This document shows positions 12,664 to 25,304 of a stretch of DNA of 64,000 nt, piece after piece. This DNA is from Macrostomum lignano (Eukaryota), in assembly GCA_002269645.1 (NCBI GenBank), contig NIVC01000237.1, positions 1-64,000 of the forward strand, in the 5' to 3' direction. Both the position numbers and the translations under genes were made by a program. The notes beneath the pieces are model-generated. The model did not search any database and was not told the DNA's origin. It worked only from the letters and a program-made list of their open reading frames with translations. Each line of letters starts with the position of its first letter. Within the stretch, counting starts at the first letter, position 1.

Positions 12664-13508
12664 CTGAAGAAGCAGACAACTCAGGCACTCGATGCCTGAT
12701 TCGGGAGTTCCGCTACCATCTTTTGGCAAATTAGTTTGTTATGGGTTGTCAGTTCTATCCTGATCGAGGGTGCAAGTACGAAATGATCCGCGAGCTTGGC
12801 GAGTGCAGTGAAAGTTTTTATCAAAATTCACATCACATTGAACATCCACATTTACGAGCTGTTTCAAGCAGAAGCCATGGAGTACTAAATTAGCTTTTAA
12901 ATAGAACTCCATGCTTAAGTCTTTGAAGTTCCAGATTTAATTAAAGGTTTCAGCCTCAGCTTCAGCCATGCATGTAAATTCGCGAGGATCTCATTAAGCA
13001 CTCGTTAGCTGTCTAACAGTGCATGCCGCCGCAGAAAAAGCTTTTTCTTCCAAGAGTAATTTGGCTTCCCATTTGGCTAATTTGCCCCCACCTGACAGAG
13101 CGTGAATGGTGTCAGTTTTCACGAACCAGATTTCTTCTCTGGTACTCCATGCGGTCGGCATTTACGATTGCAAGAAATTGCTGAGCTGGTCTCACGCGCT
13201 ACCAGCATGTCACGGATCGGATATCCCACGGCCACGGACCCGCCCGGCAACAAACCACCTCACTTTGAACTCTGCACCGGAACGCACCAACCCCTTCCCC
13301 CCTCGACAGCAGCGACCCTGTACCTGGTACATTGATCTGCACATCAACAGGGCCTGCTTTGCCAAGGAGACCGCAAATAGAACCTGGAGATAACTCTTCG
13401 CCACTCACCCGTGCTTAACTCAGGTGTTTTTTCGGTCGCCTTCACGTTAAGGAGCCCTATTTGGTGCAACCGAATTCCGACGAAGCCACCGAGAGTTTCA
13501 ACCTCCTG

Positions 13509-15146
13509 CTTGCACTCTCGATCAGGATAGAACTGACAACCCATAACAAACTTTTTTGCCAAAAGATGGTAGCGGAACTCCCGAATCAGGCATCGAGTGC
13601 CTGAATTGTCTGCTTCTTCAGTTTATTTCCCCACCAAGCCAGCAGCCACAATCCGCATGTACAGAGCAAGCAGCGCCTTCACCATTCCCTGCAACCCAGA
13701 GAGTAAAGCGAGAATAAGCTTTGCCGCAGCGATTAAGATCTGTCAGAGCTGTCAGTGAGCCGGGCCTCACTGGCCTGCACATCGCTGGGCTGATTGGCGC
13801 CTCCGGCTTACAGGACGCTGCACCTGCGGTATCTGCGCCTAGCGTAGTCGGCCTCATCTCCGGCTTCGTCGGCCGGCACCTCGATGGCGGCAGCTGAAAA
13901 GGACGCAAATGTTTTCAGAGTCCATAATGAGTGACAAATCGATGAGTTACCAAATTCTCACTAAACTACTGATCGATGTCTCTCTTACCTGTCATAGCCA
14001 GGACGAGCATCGCGGCCACAAAGGCTTGCACTTGCTTGTAGTTCAGCATGACTGCTTTTGGGTTTGAGTTTCTTTGGCTTGCTAAGTGTGGTGTATAGCT
14101 TGAGCAGAAAGTAATTTGCCGAGTTGCAAATATTAACAACAATTATATACACATAAGGGACAGGGAGAGCTACCCCTGCAGGGCTCAGTTCACGCCAGTG
14201 TTTCCACCAGAGCCAGCTGCAAGCAAATCATGAGGGAATTCAACTCACTTTGCTGCTGCGGTGGAGCGCAGATCGTGGGGTGGCGGGTGGCGCCGCTCGC
14301 CTTTGAATCGATGGTGGCGACTCTACTGGCCACCACTGCATAATCATATTGCTGAGTATGCCGAAGCAACACGGGGCTGAGCTGGCTTGATCAATAACCT
14401 CGGTTTTCTCTAAGCTCTCGGGTGCATTGTGAAGACACTGCAACAGCCATTTGCTTTGCTGGGAGCTGCTATGAGAAGGGTCGCTGCTTTGAGGGGGGGG
14501 TTCACTGCGGTGCGGAGTCGCTCCAGCGGGATATCCGCGACATGCTGGTAGCGCGTGAGACCAGCTCAGCAATTTCTTGCGATCGTAAATGCCGACCGCA
14601 TGGAGTACCAGAGAAGAAATCTGGTTCGTGAAAACTGACACCATTCACGCTCTGTCAGGTGGGGGCAAATTAGCCAACAAATGGGAAGCCAAATTACTCT
14701 TGGAAGAAAAAGCTTTTTCTGCGGCGGCATGCACTGTTAGACAGCTAACGAGTGCTTAATGAGATCCTGGCGAATTTACATGAATGCTTGCAGCTGAGGC
14801 TGAAACTGGAAAGCTGATACTCAAAGATATCAACATGGAGTTCTAATAATGTTCTAGTTTAGTACTCCATGGCTTTGGCTTGAATCGATTCGATATTTGT
14901 GTGAGTGAGTTGAGGGAACTTTATTCCTATTCAATGGGAGCGAATTGGCAAATATTTTTTGCTGGGTAAAGCAAATTAAAAACAAACTGCCTGCCACTCC
15001 AGATTCTCTCTATGGAACTCCCTGGCCGGCTGCCGCTTGCAGGACACGCCCGACCGCAGCCCCCTCTGCGCAGCTCCGCAGCTCGCGGTCGCTAACGAGT
15101 GCCCAATTAATAAGCTGCAGAGCAGGCAGCCAACTTGGAGTCAACT
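13509..15146 (-). repeat. Segmental duplication arm C
   Basis: Inverted copy of 11141-12778, separated from it by a ~730-bp spacer. Confidence 0.9.
13808..14049 (-). CDS. Small secreted prepropeptide, copy C (48 aa; exons 13989-14049 and 13808-13893)
   Basis: Identical CDS and intron to copies A and B. Confidence 0.75.
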
Positions 15147-17322
15147 TGGATTGCTTTCATGACCCAGATCATATCAAGCATTGGAATCAATCGTACGAAA
15201 AGACAAAACTGTTTTTAATTTTTGCATAGAATTGAATAAATTTTTCTCTCTCGGTTGGACTTTCGATGACGCCCTTGGATCTTTGAAAAACTGCTTTCAG
15301 GAAAGAAGACTGTACCTGTATGCCTATTTATTACCGAAATTACACATGCGGTTTTTCTTACAAATCACTGTCTAAGAATAACTGCTAGGGCGAGTTGATG
15401 CGGAATTGTGTGTTCTCAAGACAAAGAACTTTTGCCCAAACTCTTGGCAGGTTTTGACCATTGCCAACAATGTGCACTCACAAACAAACTCAAGCCATTG
15501 GTCCTTTTATATTTAATTTCTAAATGACACACAAAAGATTGGAGTGGGCTGAGATGCACAGTGAGTGAGGGAGTGAGTTACTGTAAACTTTGTCGAGCAG
15601 TAGAAAGTTGACTGCTCTACAGCTCATTAACTGGGCATTCGTTAGCGACCTGCGTGTCCTGCAAGAGGCGGCCGGCCAGGGAGTTCTATAGAGAGAATCT
15701 GGAGTGGTAGGCTCAGCCCATACGCAGCTTTTATAAATTTAGTGCTTTAAACAGCCAAGGAAACTTCGCCAGCTCACTCCTATTGAATACTAATAAAGTC
15801 ACCTAAACTCACAGAAATATCGAATTCATTTGAAGCCAAAGCCATGCAGTATTAAACTAGCATTTAAATTAGAACTCCATGTATTTGGACTTTCCTGCAG
15901 CTTTGCAGTTTCAGCTACAGCTGCTGTCATACATGCGCCCTGTGAAGGTACAAATGTAGCTGCTGTGAAGTACATGAATATAATTTCGAGAAAGCTATTC
16001 CAAGTTTAATTTATGATTTGTGTCAACTAAGCCTCTAGAAGCCTCTAGCATACACAACTACTTAACGCGTGTAAAGTGGTCGATTTTCAGGCATATTTGA
16101 CGCAAAAAACGCAAATTATACTACTATCTGAAAAATTAAGTAAGTAGTATATGAAAACGCTATCCTAAGCGTGATATATGTACACATAGCATACTTCTAT
16201 ATGTACTTGCATATGTACATTAACCCCCATCTATTCCCAATCCTATATGTACATTGTCTACTTCTATGTCTACATGTACATTAATCCCTATCTAATTTCC
16301 CCAATGTACCTCTATATGTACACTGCATACTGTACTTGCATTTTAAACCCATATCTACTTCTAGGACAATTTCTATATGTACAGTGTCTACTTCTATATA
16401 TGTACATTAATTCCCAATCTACACGACAGTCCCCAGCTGTATTTGAAACCCTCTATACAACAGCAGCCAGTTATGTACATTCTCTCTCTCTCTCTTCGAG
16501 TAAACGAAAATTTCCTACTCGAAACACCTGTATACAGTGTATATTGCAGAGGTGGGGTGCGCTCGCCGGCTGTACAATCCGTTGCATGCGTCATCCCCCA
16601 GCCCTCAAGAATGAAAGGCTTCAATGATATGGTTCGGTACAAACGGCCGAATTATTTACAAACAGCATTGTAAAGAGAAAGGAATATATATTTACAAAAT
16701 CGATAAAATCAGTAGCATATTACAAAAAAGCTTATGCACAACATTACCAGCCAATAGAATATACAGAAAATTTTACATTGTTTTTCAATAATCTCCTTTT
16801 GATAAATGATTTTAAGCAAGTCTGACACGCAAAATATGTACAATTGATTTTTACATTGGCAATTTCACCGCATACAAGGCAAAAATGTTTTATGTACCTT
16901 TGATGTATAGTTGGTTTCTCTTCATAAAATATTTTTTATGTAAATTTGACATGTAAAATATGTACAACAAATAGATTTCACTCTGACAAATATACCGCAC
17001 ACAATACAAAATGTTTTGATGTCCATTTATAGTCAGTTTATAACCACAAGGGCCAGCATTATTTATAGCCATAAGGCCGGCTGCGCACAACCCCGCCGCC
17101 GTACAGTCGTTTAGTCAGCACGCAGGGACTACTCAAACATCGGGACGGGAAACTAGGCAAATCATGGTGAAGGTATTACGAGGCTGGTTTGTTAGCAGCT
17201 GACGAGGCTGGCTGGCTTATTTGTATTGAGCGATACTTTGTTGTCTATGGTTATTTTCTATTATTTGAAGCTTGTGATACCGTTATTTCGACTGCAGTCC
17301 AGCAGGGGATGCTGGCATTATA

Positions 17323-18236
17323 ACGGGTGTCCCAAAAAAAGGGTAACACTTTGTGCGCTCACTGTGAGTGAGCAGTTAGGCCTAGCACAGTAATTTAACA
17401 GGTCTGTAAATACTGCGATAGTGAAGGCGGCAGTGTGAGCGCGAAACGAAAGGCTTAAGGCCCCATATGGCCGTGGGCCCAATATAAATATATTTGTTAG
17501 GCGACAGTGAACGATGCGTACATTCATGAACATGTACATTGCTACGCTATTGATGCTATTGATTAGGACAGAGCGGGCGAGAGAGAGAGAGCGCTGGCAA
17601 CAGGCACCGCCCTGCTAGGCTAATTCAACTAGGTGGCAATAACAAGGTCCACAGTAAACATTTGTAAGTTTTTCCCACAAACATTTGGTTGCGAAAAATT
17701 GCTCCAGAGGCGAGTTATTGAGCACAGAAGTGTACGCTAGCTTTTCTGCCAAGCTTTGCCATACACAGCTGTCATAGACAATCTTAACGTTTAAGAAATT
17801 TAAGAAATTTTAACGTTACATCAGTCTCAGAGTCTATGCATGCTCTGTCATTTTTCTTACGCAAAAGATTGTCTATGGCCTCCATCTATGGCAAAGCTTA
17901 GCAGAGAAGCTAGCGTACACTTACAAGCTCAAAAAATCAATAACGATTTTTCAAATAAACTGCTATTTGACCACACACCGTCTCAGAGTCTATGCTCCTT
18001 AAGATTTTTTAAAGCAAAAGATTGTCTATGGCAGCTGTGTATGACAAAGCTTGGCAGAAAAGCTAGCGTACACTTCTGTGCTCAATAACTCGCCTCTGGA
18101 GCAATTTTTCGTAACCAAATGTTTGTGGGAAAAACTTACAAATATTTACTGTGGACCTGTTAAATTACTGTGCTATAGGCCTAACTGCTCACTCACAGTG
18201 AGCGCACAAAGTGTTACCTTTTTTTGGGACACCCGT
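17323..18236. mobile_element. Tc1/mariner-like MITE
   Basis: TIR ACGGGTGTCCCAAAAAAA, TA on both sides; the arms extend ~230 bp once the nested LTR is removed. Confidence 0.8.
17405..17644. mobile_element. Solo LTR (240 bp) nested in the MITE left arm
   Basis: TGT...ACA termini; 5-bp TSD AGGTC (17400-17404, 17645-17649), a length typical of BEL/Pao or Copia. Confidence 0.75.
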
Positions 18237-18422
18237 TATTATAGCAGCTAAGTTTCTGGCAGAGGAGTAGGACAAGCCCGATTTTTCTGCTTGGCATCAA
18301 TGCCAAGAAAGTGCAGCGTTGTTGGCTGCAAGTTATTTATGAGTCCGAACGATTAGCTATACAAAACTCGGTTGAGCGAGAGCGATGGAAAAAGGCCCTA
18401 CCGAACATCCTGGAGGTAGGCG

Positions 18423-21230
18423 CTATTTGAGTATCCCTGTCAGCACGCGCTGAAACGTCTTGTCCATACTGGTCGTATGGATGGTACAAGACGTCTTGTC
18501 GCGCCTGAACTGAAACTGCGACAGCTGCAGAGAGCCGCCGTGCAGCAGGGCGCTGCGCAGGTCCTCACTGCGCTCCCAAACCTCTGGCGTCAGGCGAATG
18601 CCCTTGCATTTCAGGAACTGGCTCCGGGCACCGGCCGCATCCTCGACAATGTAAGTGTAGAGCTTGGGCCCTCCACTTACAAAGTCGGTCATTTGGCTGC
18701 CTGCGGGCACCTCGTCGGTCCACATTCCGAGGCTCGTGCCATCGGCCGGCTCCCATTGGCCCTCGGAATGGCGGTAAACGACCCTGTGTGTGTGTGGGTG
18801 GGCAATTAGTCAGGTACTAAATCTTATTTACATGTATATACGTAATCAATTCTAAAAGAATCTATCCAGCCAATACTTACGAGTCGGTGTCGCAATAAAT
18901 GGCCCGTTCGCCGAGACCCTCCAAGGCCTCGTACAGGCAGGCGCAGCCGGGCCTGCGTGGTCGTAAGGACCCCGATTGGTACGTTGGAGTAGCGGAACGG
19001 CCGCTGATTAAAGTAGCGGTGCCGGTACTCCAGCAGCATAAACTCACTGCCAATCGGCTCGCAGGCCTTGACCTGGAGTTTCGGATCGGTCAGCCGGGCG
19101 AGCCAGTCCTCGTAGCTGGAAACAATCTCAGGTCATCGCGCTGACAGAATTTACCCCAGAGCCTGTGAAAATATTGGATTTGTGCTGCTACTGTTAGTAG
19201 AAGAAAAATTTTAAAAAGCAGAATTATGATTACTTTCGAATTCAAAAAGATTTTCGCCACAAAGCGAAGTCTTGGGTTGGACTCGACCCCGTCCAGCTTG
19301 ACGCCTTCCTTGGCGTAAAAATCGGCAATGTAGGCAGCCCGCTCATCGTCAGTCATGCCGGGGGAGCCGCTCGACTCGGCCTTCAGCTTGAGAAAGGTGT
19401 TGACATATTCGCTGAACAGGCCGGTCCTCTGCTCTGTCCAGTAGGCTAGCGCGTGTCCGGCTTGCAGACGGTAGCCCAACTGGAAGGCCTTCCGCAGCTC
19501 CAGCGTTGCCCAGGTACCCGTCAGCGCCCGCTCCTGGTCTGATTGGCTGCAGCACTCGCGGCTGCACTGCTCCTGCTGCTGCTCCATACAGGTGCGGCAA
19601 AGCCCAAAAATGAGCTTCTTCTGCACCCTGTATGGCAACAGCGGAATGTGCAGATCTGACGGCGGCAGCACTGTTACTTCGGCAATGCCAAAGTAGCTGG
19701 CCAGCGCGTCAGAGTCGAGTGTCTGCGGCGTCGGGTGGTGCACCGGGTGGCCAATCGGGTATGCGTCTTTTGATTGTACCGTCGGGTACAGAGAGACCTG
19801 CCAGTTTAAATAAAACATTATTTTTCATAAACTGTATTTCATATTTTGCAAAATATTCTACTACATTAGTAGTATCACTACTCACCACATCCCGATATTT
19901 GAGCGCCTCAGTCTCACTGGCCATAGCATGCGGGATGAAGCATTCTACTCGACCGCCGTAGAGCGCATCCTCCATCTTGAGCGGTGCACGCAGATGAGCA
20001 GTTGCGGCGATAAAATCAGCCTGCGATGCCAATACAGTGTCATATTCATGCTCCCAAATGACACGAACACTGTAATTATGCCGCTCCAACTCGCGAGTGA
20101 ACCGCTCAGTCTCGTGGCGGATGTGGCTCAGAGGCTGCCGCTTTAGTGGGTGGACAACATCCTGGTCGGGCATACACTGCTCGCAGTCATGGTAGAAACA
20201 GCCATGAAACTGCAAAACAATGTTTGTAGCCTCATCGAAGCCTTTCACCTTGCGGCCGAGAATGACAGCCTGAACAAATGGTTCAAGCCCATCGCAAATG
20301 TCTGCAATTATCGCCCTGTACTTGAGCTACACAGCCCTCGCGAAGCAGGACTGTGTCGCTCAAACAATAATCGAGATATTCCCGATTAAGGTTGAACAAC
20401 TCGCCCTGTCGCGAGGCCAACCATGCACAGATGGAGTCGTATTCCTTGTTGGCCTTGCCGCCGTAGTAATCAATAGCCGGGTAGGGGCCCACGTAGTTCC
20501 AATCGGCCGGCTTGTTGAACTCGTGGGGAAAGGTCCCCTTGGCCAGCTTTGTTGCAAGGCCCAGCGCTTTGGGAATTGTGCAAGCAGGATTGGCATAAAG
20601 TTGAGCGAGTTTTTAAAAACCAACTTGTCAACCGTCATGCACATTAGCCGGCTGCCTTGAAACACCACTTGTGGCCGCTTCTTGGCCAGGCCGTTGAGTA
20701 GAGCGCCGAGCAGCAAAATAGCATCGTAGTCAGATGCATTGTGAGCCGCAACTATGGCGCCGCCTCGGAATGTTGTGCTCAGCCAGGCGAAAAAATGCAT
20801 TCAGCGGGCTCGAGCCCACTGCCACAAAGTCGGCCATTTGGCAGGCACAGTCTGAGTGGGTGACGCAATTGGAGAAATTCTCCCCCAAATCGACATTGAC
20901 GGTCAGCAACATGTTGTCAGCAGTCAGTTTAGCCGCGACAAAATCATCGGCGTGCAGGTCCGCGCAGAGCACAGAAATTATTTCATCAAACGTAGCTCGA
21001 ATATCGACCATATCTGCTGTGAACGATACTGCATACTTGTAGTCTTTTGCCTTAAATTTAGGCAGGGCCTTTGCCCCGCCAAGGCGCGCAATGAAGCCTG
21101 AAAAATTGGAGTGCTTGAAATTAGAATTGCAAGCGGCGGCGGCGGGTGAATGACTCATGAAATAAAATCAACTCCTTACCATTGCCTTCGACAGTGTCGG
21201 GCTGGGGCGGGGGTGGAAATTTAGCCAAAT
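18423..21230 (-). pseudogene. Protein-primed family B DNA polymerase (Polinton type), intron-containing, decayed
   Basis: AAHNASDYDAIL and FKNSLNFMPILL exonuclease motifs; YCLSDTVLL; FHGCFYHDC/VIWEHE VSR-like insert; ALYGGRVE; KYRDV|VSLYP; KIFLNS|LWGKF; ARLRLYEALEGLGERAIYCDTDS|VVY; FVSGGPKLY; KCKGI. Introns 21098-21179, 19798-19885, 19163-19237, 18784-18880; frameshifts and deletions present. Confidence 0.9.
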
Positions 21231-22470
21231 CTGCAATTAAAATGTGCATGGTGACTAAAATTCTGACCGATGGAGGGCAATTGTCTCAGTCGCCGCCTGA
21301 CATCTTTCAGCGGCCGGGTCTGAGCACCGCGTGGCTTTGTGTAGGTCCGTGGCAATGGTGACCTCTTCTGGGAAGGGGGTCCACGGAGGCAGGGGTGCCG
21401 GTAGTTCTTGTGGAGTCAGCTGTCCGACTGCAAGGTTGGTCAGCCACTGGCCGATCCTCTGGAAGCACGGTTTGAAAGAAAGAGCCAGGACGTCTTCGTC
21501 AACGGGGTCCGCTTCCGGATCGGTTTCACTCTTGAGGAGAGCTTCATGAGCCCTGCAGCGGAGGCGGGCTTGACTTGTCGCTCCAGAAGCCGGCGGGCGG
21601 GGTCCCCGGTCGGGAGGAGGCTCAGCCTGGTGTATTCTCTAGCAGCCTGATCCAGCGCTCTGAGGAATAGGGCAGGTAGGCCAGCCTCCGCAAGCAGGGT
21701 CCGCCTGTTAGTGATGCCAAGGCAGCCCGTGATAATGCGGGCGCATTTGTTCTGTTCGGCTTCCAGCTTGTAGCGGTTCGTGGGGGCCGCGTGGGTGAAA
21801 TAGATCGAGGAGCCATAGTCCAAGATGGAGCGGATGTAGGCGGTGTAGGCGGTTCGGAGGGTAGTTCTATCAGCTCCGAAGTGTTTGCCTGCGATGGCCA
21901 GCAAGCAGTTGCGTCGATTAGCCATCCTAGTTTTGACCAAATCGACGTGTCTGGAGAAAGTCAACTGGTCATCGAACTTGAAGCCCAAGAAGGTGGATTC
22001 AGCTTCGTAACGCAGGGGCTCATTTTCGATGCAGAACCCCTGGCGCACTTTGCCGCCACATTCCGCGGGATTGAGAGTGAATGTGGTGAAGCTGCACTTG
22101 TGAGTGCTCAATTGGACTTTCCAGCGTTTAGTCCAACAAACAATGGCGTCGAGGGCCGGCTGGGCGCAATCCGTGCACTCTTGCAGGCTACGGCCAGTGT
22201 CAGTATTGCCGTGTCATCCGCGAAGAGAGATCGATGCACCCTATCGTCGAGGCCGTCGTCGATGTCGTTAACGTAGATCAGCCAGAGGAGGGGTGCGAGA
22301 ACTGATCCTTGAGGGAGGCCGTCCGTAAAGACTCTCCAGTTGGAGCAGATGCCGTCCCAGCGGACTCTGGCGCGGCGATCAGAGAGGAGGTTCTTGACGA
22401 AGCGGATGACATGGGCCGGGATGCCGAGTCTGGCCATTTTATCATACAAGCCGGGTCGCCAGATTCGGTC

Positions 22471-22840
22471 GTTTTATTTTTTTATTAGAGGCAGGGGGGT
22501 TGTGTGCACCCTGGCGCACTTTAAGCGACATAGGCACACAACCGGCGAGAGGCATTACTACCCATTCCGCCGACTCCCCTGAGCAGGCATACAAGCGCGC
22601 GGATACGTACGCAGGCACACAAGCACACAGGAGTGTACAGCGGCCCTAACTTTATATTATCGTTAGGCATGTGCACTTCACTGCGCCTTGGGGGGTTGGC
22701 TCTCAAGGCCGTTAATTGCACGAGCAGAGCCAAGCCGAGATTCCAATTCAGCCCCAAATTAATGTGACTGCACTTGGAATCGAGCCTGGGTCGCTGGCAC
22801 ACCAGAGCAGCTGCGCTATCGCTGGGCTACGGCCCCCCTT
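22471..22840 (-). mobile_element. tRNA-derived SINE (family 1) inserted in the LINE RT
   Basis: A box TAGCCCAGCGATAG, B box GGCTCGATTCC, A-rich tail, 10-bp TSD AGATTCGGTC; homologous to 62632-62998. Confidence 0.9.
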
Positions 22841-25128
22841 AGATTCGGTCCTAGGCCTTGGCAAAGTCCAGGAGGATCAGGATAGCGCGCTCAGACTTGC
22901 CTTGCTCGAGGGCGTCAAAGATGGCCTGGGTGATACGGGCCAGTTAGTCGATCGTTGAGTGGCCTTTGCGGAAACCGGCCTGGTTTTTGTTAAACAGGTT
23001 GCGCGATTCAAGCCAGTGGAAAAGGCGGTTCTGGAGGATGAGCTCGGCCAATTTGGCAATGCAGCTGAGAAGCAAAATGGGCCTGAAGAGTCAGTCTGCC
23101 CAGGGTCTTTCCCTTTCTTATGGATAGCGATGATTTCGGCACGCCTCCAAGCGGCAAGCATGGTGCGGTTTAACCAGCAGTCGTTGAGGAGTTCGAGGAG
23201 GCGGCTTTTTCCACGAGGGGAGGCTTGACGAAGGAGTTCATTGCTCGGGGCTTTCCCGTTTTTGAGCTGCTTGGTGGCCAGCTCCGGTTCGGTGTTGGTG
23301 ATCGGGCTACAGATGTCGGAGCGGGTGCCGTCGCAGGTGCAGTTCAAGACTGCGCGGCGCGCCTCTTGGATGATGGGGCGGTCCTCAGCCTTATTTTTTC
23401 CAATTCTGGAGACCTCGGCATAGGCTCTGCAGAAGAGCTCCGCTTTCGCTCGGGCTGTGGCCGCGAGTGGATTCGATGGATAAATGTTGCCGCTGGCCGG
23501 ACGTTCGAAGGCTGCGGCCGGCTTAGAGCTGGGTATGCGCCCATCGAAGCGTTTGATCAGCCTCCACATATCACCATCCGGCTCAGCGCACTGAGCGCGC
23601 TGAGCCGCTCGCGGAAATCAAGCTTCTTTTCCTCCTGGATGACACGGGCGGCCTCTTGTTTTAGGTCGGAGTACCGGCGGATGCTTTCAGGGTCATCGGA
23701 GCTCTCGATCAGGGAGAGGCGACTTTCTTCCCGACGGTCCGCAGCTTTCTGGCAGCGTTCATTCCAGAAGGGCTGTCGCTTTCTGGGGCCGCTGCCGAAG
23801 GGGATGGCCTAGCGGGCCGCACCGGTGAGGGCGCTGGTGATCAGTTGATTATGGCGATCGGCGGAACAGCACGCCGAATTCAGTAGGTTTTTGATTCTAG
23901 CCAGCCTGGAGTCAAGGTCAACCCGGAAGGCCTGCCAGTCAGCTTTTTGAAGTTGAACCGGCTGGGAGATTTCGGCTTCACAGGGTCGTTGGCGTCGAGA
24001 TTTACCAGCATCGGCAGGTGGTCAGAGCCGATACCCTCAAGGGTGCACCAGTCGGCGCGGCTGGCCAGGTCGGCTGTGACGATGCATAGGTCAGGAGCTG
24101 ATTTCCCCCCTGTAGCCGGATTAAGGTGGGTGTGGCCTCCGTCGATGAGTATCGACAGGCAGCAGTTAGTAGTCCACTCTTCAATCGCAGTACCTAGCTG
24201 GTCCTCCCTCTGGAAAGGGTCCCAGCAGGTGGCATGCGCGTTAAGGTCTCCTGCGATAAGCGTGCGAGGGCCGAGGATGAACCCATCTGGGTTGAAGGTG
24301 GCCTCGATGTCCTCACGGGTGCTGCGGCGAGCCGGTGGAACATAGGTGTTTATGACTCGGATTGGTTTAGCGCCCGCGAGAAAGATTTGGGTGCCATGGC
24401 AGTAGCAAGTGTGATCGTTAGGTTGCCTATGGGCCGACTGTAGTCTTTTGAATGCGGTGTCATCTCTAACCAGGGTGAGGATCCCGCCTTGGTTTGCTTC
24501 AGCGGGGCCGTTCGTCTCGTCCGGGCAGCAGTCGTTTCGTCCGCTGATGTTGTAGCCGGCAAAGGAGGGGCCGTAGATTTAGGGCGGAGGAAAGTCTCTT
24601 GGAGCATAACGACGTGGGGGGCGCTTGTCGGCGATGATTTTGGCGAGTTCTGTGGCGCGTTTCTTGAGGCCGTTGCAGTTTAGGATAAGGGCAATCACCG
24701 GGGGTTTGCGCCTTCGGGTCCGCACTTCCGGCTCCGGGGGCGGATCCATTAGGGCGGGCGTACCGGTGTTAGCCTGGGAGCGCTACCGTCTTTGGCGGCC
24801 GTGCTGGAGGCCGTGCCGCTCGTTTGAAAATGTTTCACGTCGTGGCACGCCGTGCGGAGCCTTTCGGCAGGTCTGTAGCCGCCAGATTGTCGTGGCGAAT
24901 TTAGCACCGGCGTACTGGTAGGTGTCGGTTTGGCTGGCGGCGGCGCATTGTCAGTCTTGTTTCGGCAGGGTTGGCATTCCCAAGGGGTGCCAGAGACAGA
25001 AAAGTGGCGAAGTGCTTTAGGCTGATGTCAGTGCACCTTCTGTGGTTCCAGGTGCGGCACCTCGCACATTGTATCGAACAGTCGGCTCCATAGCCGAAGT
25101 TCTTTCTACAGGCTCCACAAGGGAACCT

Positions 25129-25167
25129 GGGTCCCGGGTTGGCTTCGATGTCGCCAGCAAGGAGCAG
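25129..25167 (-). other. 2A-like ribosomal skipping (StopGo) motif LLLAGDIEANPG|P
   Basis: Matches the D[V/I]ExNPGP consensus, directly before the PHD finger. Confidence 0.85.
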
Positions 25168-25304
25168 AAATGTAGTAAACCAGCTCAGGAGGTGCGACCA
25201 TGTTCTTCGGTTCTTGGGCATCGACGACAGTCTTCTGGGGACGCGCAACCTCCCTTCGCGACCGGTTTGACAGGTCACGGTCAGTTGCGCAGTGAAAGTG
25301 AGAC

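Larger units (their letters stand above)
11141..12853 (+). repeat. Segmental duplication arm B
   Basis: 11141-12778 is the reverse complement of 13509-15146; 11274-12853 is the reverse complement of 1096-2682. Confidence 0.9.

Noticed and set aside
12377-12667. 96-aa ORF MRPFQLPPSRC... repeated four times (also 1284, 13618, 28688)
   Set aside because: It starts at a TTG inside the peptide gene's intron and overlaps exon 2 and the 3' UTR in another frame. A phase-0 join from exon 1 is blocked by an in-frame TGA.
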